Part shown: in pieces, positions 60,467-64,000 of the stretch
Numbering within the stretch: the first letter of the stretch is position 1
Layout of the letters: each line of letters opens with the position of its first letter
Assembly: GCA_965219445.1 (NCBI GenBank)
Contig: CBDCNQ010000004.1
Coordinates: forward strand, 256,001-320,000
DNA from: Longimicrobiales bacterium
GTDB lineage: Bacteria > Gemmatimonadota > Gemmatimonadetes > Longimicrobiales > Gaopeijiaceae
DNA length: 64,000 nucleotides
Reading direction: 5' to 3'
Position numbers and translations under genes: made by a program
Notes under the pieces: generated by a model
The model's input: only the letters and a program-made list of their open reading frames with translations
Told to the model about the DNA's origin: nothing
Database searches by the model: none

Positions 60467-61489
60467 ATGATCGCCGTTGAGGGTGTGACCAAACGTTTTG
60501 GCGAACTGGTCGCCGTACGCAACGTCGACTTCGAGGTCAATAGGGGTGAGGTCGTCGGATTCCTCGGGCCCAACGGTGCGGGCAAGACGACGACTATGCG
60601 GATGCTGACGGGTACGCTCGAGCCCGATGAGGGTCGTGTTCTCTACAACGATGTGCCGATCAGCCAGGATCTCACGGCCGCAAAGGAGCACCTGGGATAC
60701 CTACCGGAGACCAATCCTCTTTATGAGGAGATGTTGGTCGCGGGGTACCTGGAGTACGCCGCCCGACTTCGTATGCTCACCCCGACTGAAGCGCGCTCGG
60801 CCATCTCTGATGCGGTGGACGAGACGGGCATTGGCGAGGTGTTCTTTCGCCCGATTTCGGAGCTGTCGAAGGGATACCGTCAGCGGGTGGGGTTAGCGGC
60901 AGCCATCCTTCACCATCCCGAAATCTTGGTGCTCGACGAGCCCACGGAGGGGCTCGACCCCAACCAGCGGGTCGACATCCGAAACCTGGTGAGCGAACTG
61001 GGCAAGGAGCGTACGGTGTTGCTCAGTACACACGTCATGCAGGAGGTCGAGGCGACGTGCACCCGGCTCCTCATCATCCATCAGGGTTCGATCGTAGCCA
61101 ACGGTACGGTGGCCGAGCTTCACTCTGCAGGTAAGGGCATGTCACAGTACACGGTAGAAGCCGAGGGCGATGGGGTGGCCGAAGCGCTGGGCCTGCTCCC
61201 CGGGGTGGACTCCCATACGGCGGAGCAAGTCGACGGCCGCACCCGAGTACGGCTTTCGGTAGCGGGTAGCGATGAGCTTCGCCCTGAGATTTTCCGCATG
61301 GCCAACGAACGCCAATGGGTGCTCTGGGAGTTGCATCGGGCCCAGGCGTCGCTCGAGCAGCTCTTCCGAGAACTGACGGCCGATGCGGGTGAAAGTGGAG
61401 AGCCGTCAGCGGAATCGTCCGAAGCCGCTGTCGATGTCGAGGCGGAGGCGGCACCTCCCGTCTCCGTAGACACGGAGGTGGGCTCATGA
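60467..61489 (+). CDS. ABC transporter ATP-binding protein (GldA-like)
   Basis: GPNGAGKTT, LSKGYRQR, LDEPT, STH. Confidence 0.92.
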   Translation: MIAVEGVTKRFGELVAVRNVDFEVNRGEVVGFLGPNGAGKTTTMRMLTGTLEPDEGRVLYNDVPISQDLTAAKEHLGYLPETNPLYEEMLVAGYLEYAARLRMLTPTEARSAISDAVDETGIGEVFFRPISELSKGYRQRVGLAAAILHHPEILVLDEPTEGLDPNQRVDIRNLVSELGKERTVLLSTHVMQEVEATCTRLLIIHQGSIVANGTVAELHSAGKGMSQYTVEAEGDGVAEALGLLPGVDSHTAEQVDGRTRVRLSVAGSDELRPEIFRMANERQWVLWELHRAQASLEQLFRELTADAGESGEPSAESSEAAVDVEAEAAPPVSVDTEVGS

Positions 61490-63738
61490 AGCGAATTTGG
61501 ATCGTCGCTCGGCGCGAGGTGTCCGGCTTCTTCGACCATCCCGCGGCGTATATTCTGGTTGTGGCGTTCCTGGGATTGGGGCTCTTCCTCACGTTTCGAA
61601 CCCTTTACGCGGCCGGGATCGCCACGCTCCGGCCCTTCTTCGATCTGCTGCCGTGGCTTTTCGCTGTCTTCATTCCGGCGATGACGATGCGCTCGCTCGC
61701 TGAAGAGCGGCGAAGCGGTACGCTGGAATGGCTCCTCGCCCATCCGCTTCGCGAGGTCGAAGTGGTCGTTGGCAAATTCATCGGCAACTGGTTCTTTGTG
61801 CTCGCCGCTCTCGTAGGCACAGTCCCCACCGCTTTAGGCCTGCTGATGGTTTCGGAGGCGGACGGTGGAATCATGATGGCGGAGTACATCGGTGCGGGAC
61901 TGCTCGCCGCTCAGGGTGTCGCCATCGGCCTCTGGGCCTCGAGTCTGACGCGGAATCAAATCACGGCTTTCATCTTCGGGGCCTCAGTCTCCTTCACGCT
62001 CGTGCTCATCGGCACACCCGTCGTGCTCGTCGGACTTCCGCCATCGCTAGGCGCCACCGTCTCCAATCTCTCCGTATTGGGACACTTCGAGAACGTAGCA
62101 CGCGGCGTGGTGGACCTGAGAGATGTGGTCTACTTCCTGTCGACGGCCGGCCTGTTCCTGTTCATGTCCGTCGGCGTCATGAGCCGCGAGCGGCTGAGCG
62201 TCGGGCGGGGCGCTTTCCGGCGGCTCAGGACGGGCACCGCGGCGCTGATCGCGGTGGTGGTCTTGCTGAACCTTCTCGGGGCGAATATCCGGGGCCGACT
62301 CGACCTCACGCAGGAGGGTCTCTACACACTCTCCGACGGGAGCCGGGAGATTCTGGGCGAACTCGACGACATCGTGACGTTGAAGTTGGTGATCTCCGAT
62401 GAGCTACCGGCGGAGCTCCAGCCGACGCTTCGCGACGTGGCGGACTTGGTCGCCGACCTCCGCCGGGCAGCGGGCGTGCAACTCGTCGTCGAGAACCTCA
62501 ATCCGAATGACGATGCGGAGGTGGCGACGGAGGCGCGGAACCTGGGCATCACACAAAACGAGTTCAACGTGTTGCGGGATGACGAGTTCGAGGTGCGGCG
62601 TGGCTGGTTCGGTTTGGCGCTTCTTTATGCGGATCAACGCGAAGTCATCCCGTTCATCGACCGTACCGATGATCTCGAATTCCGGCTCCTCTCCGCGATT
62701 GCCACGATGACCACGGAAGAGCGTCCGGGCGTGGCCTTTCTCACGGGCTTCGGCTCCCAGGGGCCGGAGACGTTTCCCTCGTTTACACAGGCCTTGTCCG
62801 AGCGATACAACGTCCAAACGATCGACATCTCAGTAGACACGGTGCCGGCCTTGAGCCGGGACACGCTGGACATCGTGGTGGTCGCCGGTCCCCAGCAGCC
62901 TCTCGGCGGGCCCGCGGTGGATGCCATCCGATCCTTTACGGACGGTGGAGGGTCGACGCTCTTCTTGATCGATAAGCACCAGGTAGACCCCGAGTCACCC
63001 TTGATGTACCCGGTCGTTACGGGCCTGGAGGGGTTCCTTGCAGGAAAAGGAGTCGGAACCGACGTGGGTGTGGCCTTGGATCACAGCTCCAACGCCAGGA
63101 TCTCCATGGGGCGGCAGGGACTCTTCAACGTCGTGCGCCCCTACCCCCTGTGGCCCATTGCCCTGAGGGGAGATGCACACCCGGCGACGCGTGACCTCAC
63201 CAACTTGAGTGTGGGGTGGGCGACGGCGCTCGAGGTCGCGGACAGCACCGTCCGGAAGCTTTGGGTCACCACCGAGACGGGAGCCCTTCAAGCCGCGGGC
63301 GGAATCATCATGCCCGCCGCGCTTCTGGATCCTAATCCAGATGACTTCCAAACGGTAACCCTTGCGGTGGCGTTGGATCCGACGGCGGCCGGGAACGGTG
63401 AGTCCTCGAGCGAGGGAGATGGGTCCGGTGCGGAGGGACGAATGATCGTCGTGGGTGACGTCGACTTCCTCCAGGAGCAGTTCCTGAGGTCCAATCCTCA
63501 GAATCTGGTGTTCACCCTGAACGCCATCGATTGGCTCGCCCAAGACGAAGCTCTGATCGGGATCCGATCCAAGATCCGGACCCCTCCCGTGATGGCGTTC
63601 ACGTCCGAATTCCAGAGAGTCGCGCTCAAGTGGGGCAACCTGGTGGGCGTGCCGCTGCTGTTTGTGGCGTTAGGCGTGGTCCGCGTGACCGGACGCCGGA
63701 GGCGGATCGAAGCGCGCTGGAATGAGGTAGCGTCATGA
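61486..63738 (+). CDS. Fused ABC-2 permease and Gldg-family domain (GldF-GldG-like)
   Basis: EERRSGTLEWLL, RLDLTQEGLYTLS, VAFLTG, LNAIDWLAQDEALIGIRSK. Confidence 0.88.
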   Translation: MKRIWIVARREVSGFFDHPAAYILVVAFLGLGLFLTFRTLYAAGIATLRPFFDLLPWLFAVFIPAMTMRSLAEERRSGTLEWLLAHPLREVEVVVGKFIGNWFFVLAALVGTVPTALGLLMVSEADGGIMMAEYIGAGLLAAQGVAIGLWASSLTRNQITAFIFGASVSFTLVLIGTPVVLVGLPPSLGATVSNLSVLGHFENVARGVVDLRDVVYFLSTAGLFLFMSVGVMSRERLSVGRGAFRRLRTGTAALIAVVVLLNLLGANIRGRLDLTQEGLYTLSDGSREILGELDDIVTLKLVISDELPAELQPTLRDVADLVADLRRAAGVQLVVENLNPNDDAEVATEARNLGITQNEFNVLRDDEFEVRRGWFGLALLYADQREVIPFIDRTDDLEFRLLSAIATMTTEERPGVAFLTGFGSQGPETFPSFTQALSERYNVQTIDISVDTVPALSRDTLDIVVVAGPQQPLGGPAVDAIRSFTDGGGSTLFLIDKHQVDPESPLMYPVVTGLEGFLAGKGVGTDVGVALDHSSNARISMGRQGLFNVVRPYPLWPIALRGDAHPATRDLTNLSVGWATALEVADSTVRKLWVTTETGALQAAGGIIMPAALLDPNPDDFQTVTLAVALDPTAAGNGESSSEGDGSGAEGRMIVVGDVDFLQEQFLRSNPQNLVFTLNAIDWLAQDEALIGIRSKIRTPPVMAFTSEFQRVALKWGNLVGVPLLFVALGVVRVTGRRRRIEARWNEVAS

Positions 63739-64000
63739 GCGAACAAGCGCTGAAAAGGATCTTGGGAGTGCTCGGCGTTCTGGTGATTTTGTGGCTTGGC
63801 TCCGTCCTGCTCTCCGGGAGGCGTGGTGGCGGATCGGCACCCGATGGCGGCATCGCCTCGCTGCTCGAGCGCTTGGATGCGTCGACCGTGAGCGCGGTCC
63901 GCATTGTCGGTCCCGATGGGACCGTGTCGCTCCAGCGGGCCAGCGAGGCCTGGACCGTCAATGGATATGTTGCGGATTCGTCTGTCGTGGCCGGTCTCTG
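63735..64000 (+). CDS. DUF4340-like protein, partial (runs off the window)
   Basis: ATGA overlap, N-terminal TM helix, usual position after a GldG-like gene. Confidence 0.6.
   Translation, partial: MSEQALKRILGVLGVLVILWLGSVLLSGRRGGGSAPDGGIASLLERLDASTVSAVRIVGPDGTVSLQRASEAWTVNGYVADSSVVAGL

Noticed and set aside
1..64000. CRISPR array, cas genes or rRNA
   Set aside because: No repeat-spacer periodicity and no Cas or rRNA signatures seen.
60467..64000. Gliding motility system
   Set aside because: GldA/F/G-like ABC modules are widespread outside gliding bacteria; no motor genes here.

Overview
High-GC bacterial DNA whose gene style suggests Gemmatimonadota (inference, from the Ser/Thr kinase remnant, DUF5916, PQQ proteins and carboxypeptidase-like/plug proteins). 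The two ends look like core chromosome. Left end: MFS transporter, rsmD, a pseudopilin plus HD-GYP operon and an ArsM-like methyltransferase that probably reads through UGA as selenocysteine. Right end: a PlsC / Tam41-like / CDP-alcohol transferase operon, a CDF transporter and a Gld-like ABC system. Roughly 9-50 kb is an accessory region built around a tRNA-Ala(TGC) gene (41872-41944, minus strand), which has both a 3'-end duplication and a 5'-half duplication, integrase remnants and arm-like repeats. The region holds degenerate attC-like sites flanking minus-strand genes, a repeated promoter-like module, a repeated terminator module and many gene scraps. It also holds several IS elements: an IS1595 carrying a tRNA-like gene with a Ser-type body and TAA anticodon, an IS110 sitting at an attC-like site, two IS3 elements, an IS3/IS481-like element nested in an IS3 inverted repeat, and an IS91 remnant. 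Several single-base frameshifts may be sequencing errors. All family calls come from motif recognition by eye; no searches were run.
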